This document shows positions 1 through 12,133 of a stretch of 64,000 nucleotides of DNA, piece by piece (position 1 is the first letter of the stretch; the number at the start of each line of letters is the position of its first letter). Location: assembly GCF_009914755.1 (NCBI RefSeq), contig NC_060932.1. One strand, 5' to 3'. The notes beneath the pieces are model-generated. The model was not told the origin of the DNA. It did no database searches and saw only the letters and a program-made list of their open reading frames with translations. The translations under genes and the position numbers were made by a program. This DNA is from the human T2T-CHM13v2.0 reference genome, Homo sapiens.

Positions 1-2084
1 AGTCCAAATTTTTCCAAATGTATGAGCCACTCCAAAGGTGTACTTAGAATTGCTATAGATGGTTCCTTCCTGGTTCTGCAAGTACTTTAAGGCTTGGCTG
101 AGTGCAAACAGCTCAAAAGTTTGGGCAGACCAATTATTAGGCAATTTTCCTGACTCTTTTTTTAAGAGTTTCTCCATCAGTTACTGAATTCCCATTGTGT
201 CTTTTCCCCTCAATCACCCAGGAAGAACTATCTATAAATAAGTGTCCTCCCGTCCTAAAGGGAGTTTCTCCTACATCTGGTCGGGCCTTTATATAATAAT
301 TAAATCTAAACATGTGCGTTCCCTCTTTAGATTGGGATCCCCCTTTATGAAACCTGCTTGGTTAAGCTCATTATCAGTGGTTAATGTTAAATCATCTTTT
401 TCTAAAAACATAGCGTTATATTTTAAGATTCTTGTGTCTGTGAGCCACCTCCCTGCTTTCTGGTTTAAGATAGTTGTAACTTGGTGAAACGTGCTTACTG
501 TCAATTTTCCTTGAAAGGTAAACTTTCTACTTTCTTTGACCAATACTGTTGTAACCGCAATACTGAGGCCATCCACAAGTAACTGGGTCTAAGACATTTG
601 AAAGTAAGTCCGCAGGCTGTTGATGACCCCCCTATTCTTGAGTAATCACTTCCAAAGCTACTCCATTGTTCACATTGACAAAAAGGTGGAATGGCTTCCC
701 AAGGGAAGGTAAGGCTAAAACAGAGGTGGTTATGACTCTTTCAGCTCTTCAACTAGATCAACTTCCTCAGAAGTCCACAGGAAGCGGTCAGGCTTCCCCT
801 GGACAAGTTTTTGATGTAACAGTTTACTGTGTAGTGCATATAAGTCAGTCCATAAGCAGTGGCATCCAACTAACCCTACATATTTCCTGAGTTCTTGTTG
901 GAGGTAAGTGTGAGGACACGATTCCTTCAACTCATTCCAGCCCTGTTCTTTTCTTGCCTGCACTTATTAAGTGGCCTAAATATTTAACTTCAGGCTCTAC
1001 ATACTGAAGCTTTCCTTTTGAGACTTGTAGCCTTTCGAACGCAGATGGTTAAGAATATGTGTAGAGAAGTCAGTTACCTTCTTTATACCTTCACCAGATA
1101 CAAGAAGATCATCCACATACTGGAGCAAGCATATTTGTTTTGGGATGACAACTTTTTCTAATACTTGTTCTAAAATTTGGCCGAAAAGATTAGGGGAGTC
1201 TGTGAATCCTTGGGGCAAGACTGTCCATCAGATACTATTGTTTGTGCCCTGAATGGGAGTCCTCCCACTCAAAAGCAAACATATCTAGGCTGTCTTCATC
1301 CAGGGATGTGCCCAAAAAGCATCCTTTAAATGTATTACAGTAAACCATTGATGATCATATGGAATCTTACTGAGAATGGTGTAAGGATTGGGGATGATGG
1401 GGTGGGTAGTCTGGACTATTTGGTTGAGAGCTGTAAGGTCCTGTACCAGCTGGTATGACCTGTCTGATTTCTTGACTGGCAGTATTGGAGTGTTATAAGG
1501 GGACATACAGGGCTCGAGAAGCCCATCTTTAATAAGGCCCTCAATTACAGGCTTCAACCCTATCCTACCCTCTAGGAGAATGGGGTATTGCTTCCTTCTT
1601 ACTACTTCTCCAGGGGTTTTTAGCTTGACGTTGATTGGAAGGACTCAGAGTTTCCCTCGGTTCCCTTCTTTGGACCAGACATTAGGATTAATATATTTTT
1701 CGTCTACAGTGGTGAGTTGGTTTAATGAGATGAGGAAACCTCTTGGACTGACCTGTGGGTCTATGCCTAATTGCAACATTAGATCCCTCCCCAGTAAGTT
1801 AGTCCCTGCTTCAGGGATTAACAAAAACTGAATATGAGCTGATTGATCCTGGTATCTAACTTCTGTATTGTCTAAAATTGTTCCTTTAAACCCTTCTCCT
1901 TTTACCCCAGAGACTAATAGTTCTTCTGAAGAACAGGCAATATTAGGGGGATGAAGGAAACAGAGGAACGGACCACCCTGGAGTGCATTAAAAAGGTGAC
2001 AGGCTCATGTTTAGGTCCCACTTCTAAATTTATCAAGGGCTCCTGGTGGGACTCAAGATAATAGAGACAGAGTCCCTGACGCCC
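1..2084 (-). pseudogene. pol: Decayed retroviral pro-pol (protease, RT, RNase H) of the HERV-I provirus
   Basis: ORF fragments 1285-1557 (SPYNTPILPVKK...QDL...DAFW), 997-1218 (PQGFTDSPNLF...QYVDDLL), 289-576 (connection domain); fragmented by indels. Confidence 0.9.
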
Positions 2085-3789
2085 CTATTCTTCTTGAAAA
2101 GTCATGAGTGGAACGGTTTCTCTCTCCTTTTTAAATTTGGGACATTGTCTCTTAAAGTGACCTATTCTTCCACATTTGTAACACCTATCTTTCCCTTCCT
2201 CCCTCTTAGTTCTGGGAGTATTTAAATTTGCTCCCCCATACCCTTTGGAGGGCCTGATAAACAAGGGCCTTCGTTCTGTAGATGGAGATTTAGGTCCTCT
2301 AAAGGAGTGTTTGGACCTTTATGGTCTCTGGCCCCCTGGAAACTCTGCTTAGGAGTACATGAGTGTGGACCCTTCTGCTGGAAGGTGGATAACATAAGTT
2401 ATGTCTTTGGTTTGTGTTTTTCTTCATCCCTTCTTACATATACCTTCTGAGCTTCTTTGAGAAGTTCACTTAGGGGATGGTTTTCCCAATTCTCTACTTT
2501 TTATAGTTTCCTTCTGGCCAACTTTTCGTCACAAATTGGAGTTTTAACATCCCTTGCCCAAGGGGGTCTTGCAAATTGAGGCCTGCATATTGCCTCATTT
2601 GCTCCTTCAGCCTGTCCAGGAATCTCATGGGTCCTTCATCTTATTCCTGTTGTATATCAAATGCCTTGGAAAGATTTTGGGTTTGGGGTACTGATTTCTG
2701 AATTCCTTTTATTATCATTTCCCTCAGGTCCTACAGGTTTTCCCGGTGAGTCAGGTTGTTATTGTCCCACCGAGGATCTTGGGCAGGAAATTTTTGGTCC
2801 GTGGTAGGAACATTTGGACCCGGAGGATGCTCATGTTCCCAGGCTACCATAGCAGCCCTGTGAGTCATACTCCTTTCTTCCCCTGAAAAGAGGATACCAA
2901 AGATGGACATGAAGTCCACCCAAGTGTATAACTGAGGTCCTAAGAATTGTGCAATTTGGTCTGCCACTCTGTAAGGGTCATCTAATAGTGGCTTAAGCTC
3001 CTTTTTAAAATTCTGAACTTCTGAATTGGTTAAAGGAGCATTTACAACCCAATGGCTCCCCTGCCTTGAGGAACCTCTTTTAAGGGGAAGAGGGTCAGAG
3101 ATGGCTCTTTAGGTGCAGAGGGAAATGGGAAATTCTGAATATCTTTTTTACATTATTCTATCTCACACTGGAGAGGGGTATTTTAGAAAGGGGTATTTAG
3201 GCTGGGAGGGAATAGGCTTATGGGATGGTAATTCCCAAGAGTTAGGGCTATAAGGAGAAGGGATAACGTGAGCAGAGGAAGGATGTGGAATGGGATCTGA
3301 GGTGACAGTGGCTGCCTGAGAGGAAGGACTGGGGACACTGAGCAGGGGGAGATGGTCTAGGGGATCCCATGCATTGGAGTCTTTAGGCATGGGAACTGGC
3401 TCCTCTGACTTTTCATTTTGAGGTGCCAGATTGGGTTCCTCCTTAGTTGTTTTTAACGGAAAGAGGAGGACAGGTCCCTGCCTCCAACGAAGAGCATAGT
3501 CCAGTTCTTCTTGAGAAACTGGACATTTATCATTAATATGTTGAATTAGAGGCTGACACATTATATCCTCATTCGACCCAAACTTTGGCCAGAAGATTGA
3601 GGGTTTGAGGATGGGTTCCTGAGTCCAAGTAAAACAGCAATATTTTATCATTTGTTGCTCTTTCTTATGTTTAGTCCTTTCATTATCCTTCCAGTGTTTT
3701 AACATGAGACCTAGGGGACTATCAAGGGGAGTATCTTTGTTACCATCTTTATCCTTCTTGCTCCCTGTCTTGCTTGGGGTATTTCCCAT
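2085..3789 (-). pseudogene. gag: Decayed retroviral gag of the HERV-I provirus
   Basis: ATG at 3789 (MGNTPSK, myristoylation-type start), MA ORF to 3163, CA fragment 2731-2967, zinc knuckle CYKCGRIGHFKRQC near 2140-2185, TAG stop at 2085-2087. Confidence 0.9.
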
Positions 3790-4192
3790 CTTTGGGGTGA
3801 GTCTCAATTTCCCTCACCAGAAATGTCTCACTTATTGGGGTGAGGCTCAGTTTCCCTCACACTTTCAACCGCCAAGATATCCTGACCAAGGAATGCTTCA
3901 CCACCCCCATCCCTGCCACGGTTTTCTTACCTTGGTCCCGACCACCAAGGAAGTACTTTGCCAGCTCCTGTGGCTTTTCCTTCCTTGGTCTGTGCACAGA
4001 GTCACCTTATCACTGTGGTATGCGAGGATCCTTTCCCCCAAGTCACCGGCCAGTTTCTGCATTGCTGAGAGTCTGGGTTTATTCATCGCACCAGGTGGGT
4101 CTTAGTTCCTCATTCCTGAGGCTGCTGCAGTGAGGCAGTGGGGTGCCTCCTCATGAGAGAGGACCGGAAACCACCCCCAGAGGAGAATGGGC

Positions 4193-4210
4193 TCCCCATA
4201 TGGGCCACCA
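4193..4210 (-). promoter_or_regulatory. Primer-binding site, tRNA-Ile
   Basis: Plus strand TCCCCATATGGGCCACCA matches the tRNA-Ile 3' end TCCCCGTACGGGCCACCA except two CpG-decay changes; lies 3 nt from the LTR edge. Confidence 0.9.
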
Positions 4211-4213
4211 AAT

Positions 4214-4803
4214 TGTTAGAAATGCTTGTTCCTTGGTGCCACAAAGAAATAGCCCTCGAACATAAATTTAATTTTCTCAGCAATTTTTACTTCTATAGAA
4301 GGGTGTCACTCGCGAATGGAGTAATGGCGAGAGCACACCTGGACAGGGGAGGGGAAGGAGTTCTTGTTCCTGATACAGGTAGCCCCTACTGCTGTGTCAT
4401 TCCTCTATTGGCTAGGGATGGACTGCACAGTCTAATTCCGACTGGCTGTTTTAAAGAGAGCAGGGGTATGAGCCAGAGCGGAGGAGTGAGTAGTTTGGTG
4501 GGAAGGAAGCTTAGGAACAGGTAACCAAAGATGACTTAGGTCAGAGCAGGTGACCAGGGGCGACTTAGTTCAAAGCAGGTGACTGGGATGAGTCAGGACA
4601 GAGCAGGTGACCAGGGAACAGATGTGAACTACTGATTAGGACTGGTGGAAAAGTTGTTTACTTTGTTCTAGTTGAAACTAGAACAAAGGGGCGAAGAGAA
4701 CCCAGAAGTTAGACTTTAAAATCGAGAATCGAAGAGTAAGAGAGCTGAACATAGTGACATATTGATTCTTTGAAGAGAAACTTGGGGTTCACTATATTTA
4801 ACA
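4214..4803 (-). mobile_element. 5' LTR of the HERV-I provirus (LTR10 family, LTR10F-like)
   Basis: TGTTA...TAACA termini; minus-strand start TGTTAAATATAGTGAACCCCAAGTTTCTCTTCAAAGAATC; adjacent Ile PBS; internal ~28-bp tandem repeats. Confidence 0.85.
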
Positions 4804-4899
4804 CCATCATCTTCTTTTTAATAATTTCTAGGTAAATTACAAATATTAGTATGCTCTGCTCTCAATTTTTCAGTATGCATTTTATTAAAGTTCTCTTTT

Positions 4900-5410
4900 T
4901 TCTATGTAAAAATATGCATACCAACTAATGCTGTTATCTTAAGTGTACATTTGCCAAATATTTGCAAACACAGAGACCTCTATAATCCAAACTCCTATCA
5001 AGACATACATCATAACCATAACTTCAGAAAGTTTCGTCATGTCTCTTCTGTGTAAATATCTACCATCACTCTCCAAAGGCAACTGCTCTTCTGATGAGTT
5101 TTCTGCGGCAAATTAGCTTTGCTGTTGGAAAATCTTATAAATTAGCTTTGCTGTTGGAAAATCATATAAATCATGCAGAGGGCAGTCTTTTGTGCAAGGA
5201 TCCTTCAGCTTAGCATGATGTTTTTGAGCTTCTTCCATGTTGGTTTTGTTACTGTTGCTGTTTTGTTTCCATTGCATGCATATATCAGTTTGTCATGTAT
5301 TCTCATACTGACAGACATCTGCAGTGTTACCAGTATGTTTCTATTATGAATAAAGCTACTGTGAAGATTGTTTGTAAGTCTCTTTGTAGACTTGTGTAGT
5401 TTATTCATAT
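4900..5410 (-). mobile_element. Old L1M 3'-end fragment
   Basis: Resembles an antisense L1M 3' region (TTCAGCTTAGCATGATGTTTTTGAG...CTATTATGAATAAAGCTACTGTGAA); contains a 29-bp tandem duplication at 5110-5167. Confidence 0.6.
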
Positions 5411-6698
5411 AATTAGGTTTTGGATCTCCCCAATGATTCCAGGCTTTTGCATGGATTTGAATACTTGCTCCATATACTGTGATTTAACTCTGGTAATTAG
5501 TGGGGAGGGGAAGGAATGCGGTACCAGGGGAGGTGTTATCTGTTTTCTGTGTGTTTGAAATAAGCTTTCTTTTTGGAAGTTAGTTGCTAATTGGAGCACT
5601 CATCTACCTCTTTATCCTCCCTGGCTATACCCAGTGCTTTAAACTTAACATAAATGGGCCAGACACCCACTACTTGGCTTAAGCAAAGGAGAAATAACCA
5701 AACCAGCTATTCTAAATTTCTTTCCAGTTAATCACGTGGGAAAGAGCCTGGGTACCCTCTCTCCTTTCCACATCCATTAACCTTACTTAGCTGGAAGTTT
5801 TCTAGAACCTCTCTTCTTCCTATAGGTTTCTCCTACCTATCTTTTGAGCGGTGATTAATTCCCAGTAGGTCTTGATTTGTAACTGATTCCATCCATTTAA
5901 AAAATCTAGGGCCTTGTTTTTACTTTGGAGAAATACATTTGGAGGCATAATTGCTTATGTTTTGCTTCAGTAAGGGAGGTTACAGAGACACAGATGAATA
6001 TGAATGAACAAGAAGGAAAGTCCTTATTCTATATTTGTGGAAACTTTTTAAAAAGTGTATTTTAGTGGGTCCTCCAATTGTTAAGCTGAGAGTTGGTCAT
6101 CCTCCAATCATATTTTTTAAATTGTTCACCTAACATACACTACAGTATTGCGAAAAGGTTTTTTTTTATTGTTTTACTTTTTGCATAATTCTTTGCTTAT
6201 TTTTGTTTGTTTCTTTTGCTTTGATATTGTTGTTTATAAATGTTGTTTAGTTTTGGTGTCAGAAGAACTACGGGCAGGCATTTTTGAGGAGCAGTTAGCA
6301 GTTTTAAACTATCTACCACTCTATTTATTTCCTCCGATATAGTCAGTTTCACATAGAACTCCAAATATGCAAATTCTACTTTCAGAAAGCAGTAAAGACT
6401 CCTGTATTCCCTTATCATTACAAATGTGTTAATTTTTTAGACAATTTCTGTGAGAAGCAGTATATCACAACTGCAAGACAGATGACCCACATATGCTTAT
6501 AAATACAAGACATATGGGGACAGAATCAGCCTTTAAGAGACTGTGTGTGCCAGAGAGAAACCTTCTTTTACTTCAGGCACACACAGGATAAAAGTGTGAA
6601 TCTTTAAACAAAATGATGGTGAAGCTGTGCTTTACGTGCTGTATGACCGCATGTTAAGAAAATGCACATTCTAAAAACAACGGAATTTCAGAGGGAAT

Positions 6699-7179
6699 TG
6701 ATGCAGGCCAGGTAAGCCCCAAAACTGGGGCTTTTCCTGGGAGGGTTCTCAGCTTCACCCAGGAAAGAATTCCAGGGCAAGCTGGTGGTGTCAAACAGCA
6801 ACTTGAACTGAAGCGGCTGTGCACAGAAGCAGCAGAGCGATTTCTCCTTGCAGAGCAGGGCTACCCCATAGGCAATGTCCCAGAGTGACAGCTCAGAGGC
6901 TGTTCTGCACTCACTTATACTCCTTTTAATCATGTGCAAATTAAGGGGCAGATTATGCAGAAATGTCTAGAAACAGGGTGGTAACTTCCAGGTTGTTAGG
7001 TCAGTGCCATGGAAATGGGCGGTAACCTCTGGGTGTTGCCATGGGAATGGTAAACACATGGCACGCTGGTGAGTGTGTCTTAGGGAGAGTTGCTTTAACC
7101 TCTTCCCTGTTTTAGCTATTCCTCAATCTGGTCCGGTGTCAAGCCTCAGCTCCAGAGTCAAGACCCACCTCCTATCTCA
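6699..7179 (-). mobile_element. Solo ERV1 (MER4-group) LTR
   Basis: TG...CA termini and the recalled MER4-group motif CCCAGGAAAGAATTCCAGGGCAAGC...GCAGGGCTACCCCATAGGC; subfamily not assigned. Confidence 0.7.
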
Positions 7180-7655
7180 ATCAAGAGAAAAATTTAACAA
7201 CACGTGCACCATATATATCTATAAGAACTCTCAGAGATGAGTAACTCGAAGGCATGGTTAGGACTTGGGTTGATATAATATCTTAGCAAAAGAACAGTGC
7301 ATTTTTGGGAAACAGATAAGACAAAGTGAAAAGACATTGAGTATCTAGTGTGGCAAGTGTGGGAAGGCACATATACGGGGAAGCAAATGGCAGATGAGGG
7401 CTGATCAGTAAAGCCTGTTATGTGGATTCCTGTGATGCCATCTCCAGGCTAAGAGTCTAGAGTGGTCTCCAGGAACTAACTTCTATCCTTCCTGGCGGAC
7501 ACTGATACTTTATAAATTTATGTGCTTATTTTAGGCAAATAGAGGGAAGGCAGAGAGCTTTCTGTTTATCTGCTCATTCTCAGCTACTTCAGTTTAAAAT
7601 AATCTTTATGCCAAAGTAGCATATTTTGGGGTGACATATTCTTCAATCCCTTACT
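7180..7655 (-). mobile_element. Older ERV1 (MER4-group) LTR fragment abutting the previous LTR
   Basis: Ends in the typical AAAATAATCTTTATGCCAAAGTAGCATATTTTGGGGTGACATATTCT motif. Confidence 0.55.
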
Positions 7656-8399
7656 TGACCCTAAAGGCCTCGTAAGGAGTCTTATGAAGTATGTCTATTG
7701 CCTCCTGCCTGTCTAAGAAAGTGGGGAGCACAGACATTGGCTCCTATGCTCCATTAATCAATGAGGACTCCATTGGGTATAACAGCCCTGCACATTTAGG
7801 CTGAGCATGTCAAAGTGCAGTTCCTATGGGTGCCACAGTGGGAGGAAGTGAGAGCTTCACTACATGGGGCCATGGCCTGCCCCTGTCAGTTTCACCAGTG
7901 CAAAGCTCAGTGAAACCTGCTGCAATTGGTCAGTGGAGCCGTGGCAAGCACAAGGACAGGCCAAGGGGATGTGAAGTGCTGCACAAAAGATATTAGATGC
8001 ACTTTTATTCATAGATCTGAAGAGAAAAATCAGTTACCGCCTCCATGGGTGCTGAAAAGGCATTTGAAAAGTTTCAAGTGATGATGCTCTTGATTAAAAA
8101 AAAAAGAACACTCAATAAAATACCTTAAATACATATGCATATGCATGCGCCCTTGAGAGCAAAGATTTATCATAGATGTAACACATACATCCAGCAAAAT
8201 GAGGGATTTATAACTACTAAAGCCATGGAATAGATAAACCGCCCCCGATAACAATAAGATTTTTAACTGTAATGAAAATATCCTCAAATATATTATCCAA
8301 GAGAAATAACATAGAGGCATAATAATTAGGAAGAAATAGATAATACTTTTTTTTTATAACATGGCTATACTCTGGGAGACACAAAAATAACCAATAATC

Positions 8400-9820
8400 T
8401 ACTAGAAACAATAAGAGAACACAAAAGATAGTAAAATATGAAACACATATATCAATATATAAATATATCATAGAAATCATACTTCAGTAACACTTTGGAA
8501 TACATAATGAAAGAAAAATAGCAATAACATAAAAACAAATAGAAATATAGTTAATAAAACTGTGCACAACTATATGAAGAAAACATTTGACACTCTTGGA
8601 ACCTGAAAGTTGACCTACACACATGGAAACATATATCTGTTCTTGAGTAGGTATTCTTAATATTTTATTAAATGATAATTATCCTTAATTATGTTTATAA
8701 ATATAAACCATTATAGAAATATCAATAGTTTTATTGCTTGGAACTAGACAAGTAGAATCTAAAAGTCATATGAAATGAAAACAACATGCATGCAACATAA
8801 AAGGGAACAAAGTGAAAAGTAGTGAAGTTACTATCCTATCTCCTATGATAGCGCAACGTATCATGAAGTCTCTAACAGTTTGGCACTCTTCCACGAACAC
8901 ACAGATGAAGCTATGAAACCAAATATACTGAAAACTATCAAAGTAAACTTGAACAAATACAGTATTTTAGAATGTGGTAAAAGTGCTTTCTCAACAAAGG
9001 AGGAGAAAGAGAAACTGGGTTTAGTTCAGGTATCTGTATACTCCTCACAAGTTTGTTTCTTTTAATGCCATCATCCCGCGTTACTGTGGTACAGTCATCC
9101 AAACCGATAAATCAACATTGGTATATTTCTATTAACAGAACTCCAGACTTTATTTACATTTTACCAGTTTTTCCACTAATATTCTTTCTGTTCCAAAATA
9201 CAATTCTGGCTACCACATTGTATTCAGTCATCCTATCTGCTTAGTCTTACCTGGTTTGTAATAGTGTCAGTCTTCTTGTTTCTCTTTTTTTTATTTTTTT
9301 TAAACAATTTGGAGGGACATTGGCTAGGTCTATACAATTTTCCTCCATTCAGGTGTGCCTGATGCCTTTCTCATAAGGAGACAGGAGTTTTGCAGCAGGA
9401 GACCTCAGAGCTGAAGTCCCCTCTGATCACGTTGTATCAAGTTTACAATTTCTCTATTGTAAAGTCAGTGTTTCCCTTGCCATACCGCATTCTTTGAAAA
9501 TAAGTCACCAAGTATAAGCCATATTCGAAGGAGGGGATTTGAACTCCACCTCCAAGAGGGAGTTGTTTTAACAATATGATTTAGAATTCTTTTGTAAGGA
9601 AGGGTTGTCTTTTTCCTCCAGTTATTTATCAACCTTTTATTTATATCAGCAGGAACGTCATTTCATGCAATGGGATATCCATCTGACATAGCAAAATAAG
9701 ACCAGATCAAAATGTGTATTCTAATTCATACAAAGATTTAAATGTAAAAATAAAAATTTGCTGTAAGTTAATATGGGCTAATTATTGTATAATGGCAAAG
9801 TGGCAAAGGCTTTTTGAAGT
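8400..9820. mobile_element. Mosaic of highly diverged L1M fragments (sense ORF2 remnants around an antisense L1M 3'UTR piece at ~9090-9660)
   Basis: A-rich degenerate ORF2-like sequence flanking an antisense L1MC/MD-like 3'UTR. Confidence 0.5.
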
Positions 9821-9837
9821 ATAAAAACGTAAGTGGG

Positions 9838-10136
9838 TGAAGCTGGAAACCGTCATTCTCAGCAAACTATCGCAAGGACAAAAAACCAAACACCGCATGT
9901 TCTCACTCATTGCTGGGAATTGAACAGTGAGAACACATGGACACAGGAAGGGGAATATCACACACCGGGGCCTGTTGTGGGGTGGGGGGAGTGGGGAGGG
10001 ATAGCATTAGGACATATACCTAATGTTAAATGACGAGTTAATGGGTGCAGCACACCAACATGGCACATGTATACATATGTAACTAACCTGCACGTTGTGC
10101 ACATGTACCCTAAAACTTAAAGTATAATAATAATTT
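9838..10136 (+). mobile_element. 5'-truncated young L1PA 3' end with TSD
   Basis: Canonical L1PA 3'UTR (G-rich tract, GGGTGCAGCACACCAACATGGCAC...TAAAACTTAAAGTATAATAA); flanking direct repeat AAAAA(C/A)GTAAGTGG near 9823-9836 and 10137-10150. Confidence 0.92.
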
Positions 10137-10175
10137 AAAAAAGTAAGTGGTGTTAAAAAAAAAATGTATAATTTT

Positions 10176-10478
10176 GGCTGGGCACAGTGCCTCACGCCTA
10201 TAATCCCAGCACTTTGGGAGGCCAAGGCGGGCCGATTGCCTGAGCTCAGGAGTTCGCGACCAGCCTGGGCAACATGGTGAATCCTCGTCTCTACTAAAAT
10301 ACAAGAAATTAGCCAGGCATGGTGGTGGGCATCTGTAGTCCCAGCTACTTGGGAGGCTGAGGCAGGAGAATTGTATGAGCCCGGGAGGCAGAGGTTTTAG
10401 TGAGCCAAGATCGTGCCACTGCACTGAAGCCTGGGTGACAGATTGAGAATCCATCTCAAAAAAAAAAAAAAAAAAAAA
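10176..10478 (+). mobile_element. Alu (AluS-like), full length
   Basis: Dimeric Alu with A-rich linker and poly(A) tail. Confidence 0.95.
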
Positions 10479-10925
10479 GTAATTTCACAATATACAAAAA
10501 AGATTAAGAGCTAGGATTGACAAAAATACCATATGCAAAGTCTAAAACCATAGTACAAACTAGGGATATGTACCAGCTTATACATAAATGTCTCATCTTC
10601 TTAATGTGTATTAATGCCTTTTAGATATAAAGAAGTGAAAGAGAAAAATATTATAGAAAAAATGGCAATAAGCCTAAGCAACTATTTTACAAAGAAAATG
10701 TTGCTTAAATATATGAAAATTTGCTTATATTCTGGATGTCAGAAATCCCTATTGAAACTACAATGAACTCCTGTTTTCCAACTATTGAATTAACAAAAAT
10801 TGAAAATTTGACAATGGACACTGTTATCAGGGGTCCAGAGAAGTAAGCACTCTTCTGCATTTGCCTTGGGAGTGCAAAATTTTCCATAGCATATGTGAAG
10901 AAATTCATTAATATTAATGGAAATA

Positions 10926-11219
10926 GGCTGGGCTGGATTTCACACCGGAAATCCCAGCACTTTGGAGACAAGGCAGATGGACCATTTGAGGTCAGGAGTT
11001 CAGGACTAGTCTGGCCAACATGTTGAAACCCCATCTCTACTAAAAATACAAAAATTAGCTGGGTGGGGTAGCATGTGCATATAATCCCAGCTACTTGGGA
11101 GGCTGAGGCAGGAGAATTGCTTGAACCCAGCAGGCAGTGAGCTGGGCTTGCACCACTACACTCCAGCCTGGGTGACAGAGTGAGACTCTGTCTCAAAAAA
11201 AAAAAAAAAAAAAAAAAAA
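10926..11219 (+). mobile_element. Alu (AluS-like) inserted in old L1M
   Basis: Dimeric Alu with poly(A); probable TSD AATG(G)AAATA. Confidence 0.95.
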
Positions 11220-11715
11220 TGAAATAAAGAATGTATTTATCCTTCAGCACAATGATCCCTCTTCTAGGAATTTATTCTACAGACATATATTTACAAATAC
11301 AAAGGCGACAAATAAACAAGTTTGATTAATGCAGCATTTCTATTATCCAAAAATAAAGGATTTATGATAACACAATTCTGATATATTTTATAATTCATAC
11401 CAAAAATACAGTTCATAAACCATAATACAAAGTAGGTTTTATGTCAAGCTTGTTAATATTTCATTTTAGTTTCTGTAATTTCAGTGACTTTTTGCCAGTC
11501 TTATCTATTGAGAACTGAGAGAGCTTTGTATAAGTCTCTTGCTAAACTAGCTTCCAGAGGATGGAAATGCAGTCGATTTTTTAAATAATTCAGTGACTAC
11601 TAAATTATCTTATTAGTGTAATAACCTGTGAGATATTTTGAATTTCTGTATACTAACATGGAATGTGTTTTCCATCTCTCTTACTGATTTTCATAATTTT
11701 ATGAGAAGAGGCTTC

Positions 11716-12133
11716 TGTTATGGTTAACTTTATGTGAAAACTTGGCAAGGCCATGTGCCCAGTTGTTTGGTCAAGCACTAGTCTAGATGTTGCTGTGAAG
11801 GTATTTTTAAAATGTGATTAACACTTAAAATGAGTTGACTTTAAACAAAGCACATTCTCTTCCATAACACGGGTAAGCCTTTAGTTGAACTCCTTAGCAG
11901 ACTGACATTTCCCGCAAAAGAAGGAGTTGAACCTCCAGACCACAGCATGGAAATCCCACCTGAGTTTCCATTCTTGGGACTTGAGACCACATCATTTCTC
12001 ACCTGAATTTCCAATCTGCTGGTTTGCCCTGGGGATTTCAGATTTGCCACCTTACATTCATATGAGCTCAAACGTCTGTGCGTGCGTGCGTGTGTCTGTC
12101 TGTGTGTGTGTATAACGATAAGAAACTAATACA
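11716..12133 (+). mobile_element. MLT2 (ERVL) solo LTR
   Basis: TGTTATGGTTAACTTTTATGTG...CACTAGTCTAGATGTTGCTGTGAAGGTATTT start, AACTAATACA end, (TG)n microsatellite near the 3' end. Confidence 0.85.

Larger units (their letters stand above)
1..4803 (-). mobile_element. HERV-I-type (ERV1, HERVIP10-like) provirus, 5' part; continues beyond the window start
   Basis: Minus-strand order is LTR (4214-4803), tRNA-Ile PBS, gag (MGNTPSK...; CCHC knuckle), pro, RT (LPQG-like MPQGF, LQYVDD), connection and RNase H; many frameshifts and stops. Confidence 0.9.

Noticed and set aside
4193-4210. tRNA gene
   Set aside because: Only the 18-nt 3'-end match including CCA, next to an LTR; it is a primer-binding site (same for 30773-30790 and 53190-53207).
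4531-4617. CRISPR-like repeat array
   Set aside because: Eukaryotic LTR tandem repeat without unique spacers or cas genes.
5110-5167. 29-bp direct repeat as a regulatory element
   Set aside because: Ordinary tandem duplication inside an old L1 fragment.
10110-11250. ORFs of 114 and 181 aa
   Set aside because: Antisense Alu translations with typical Alu-derived peptides.
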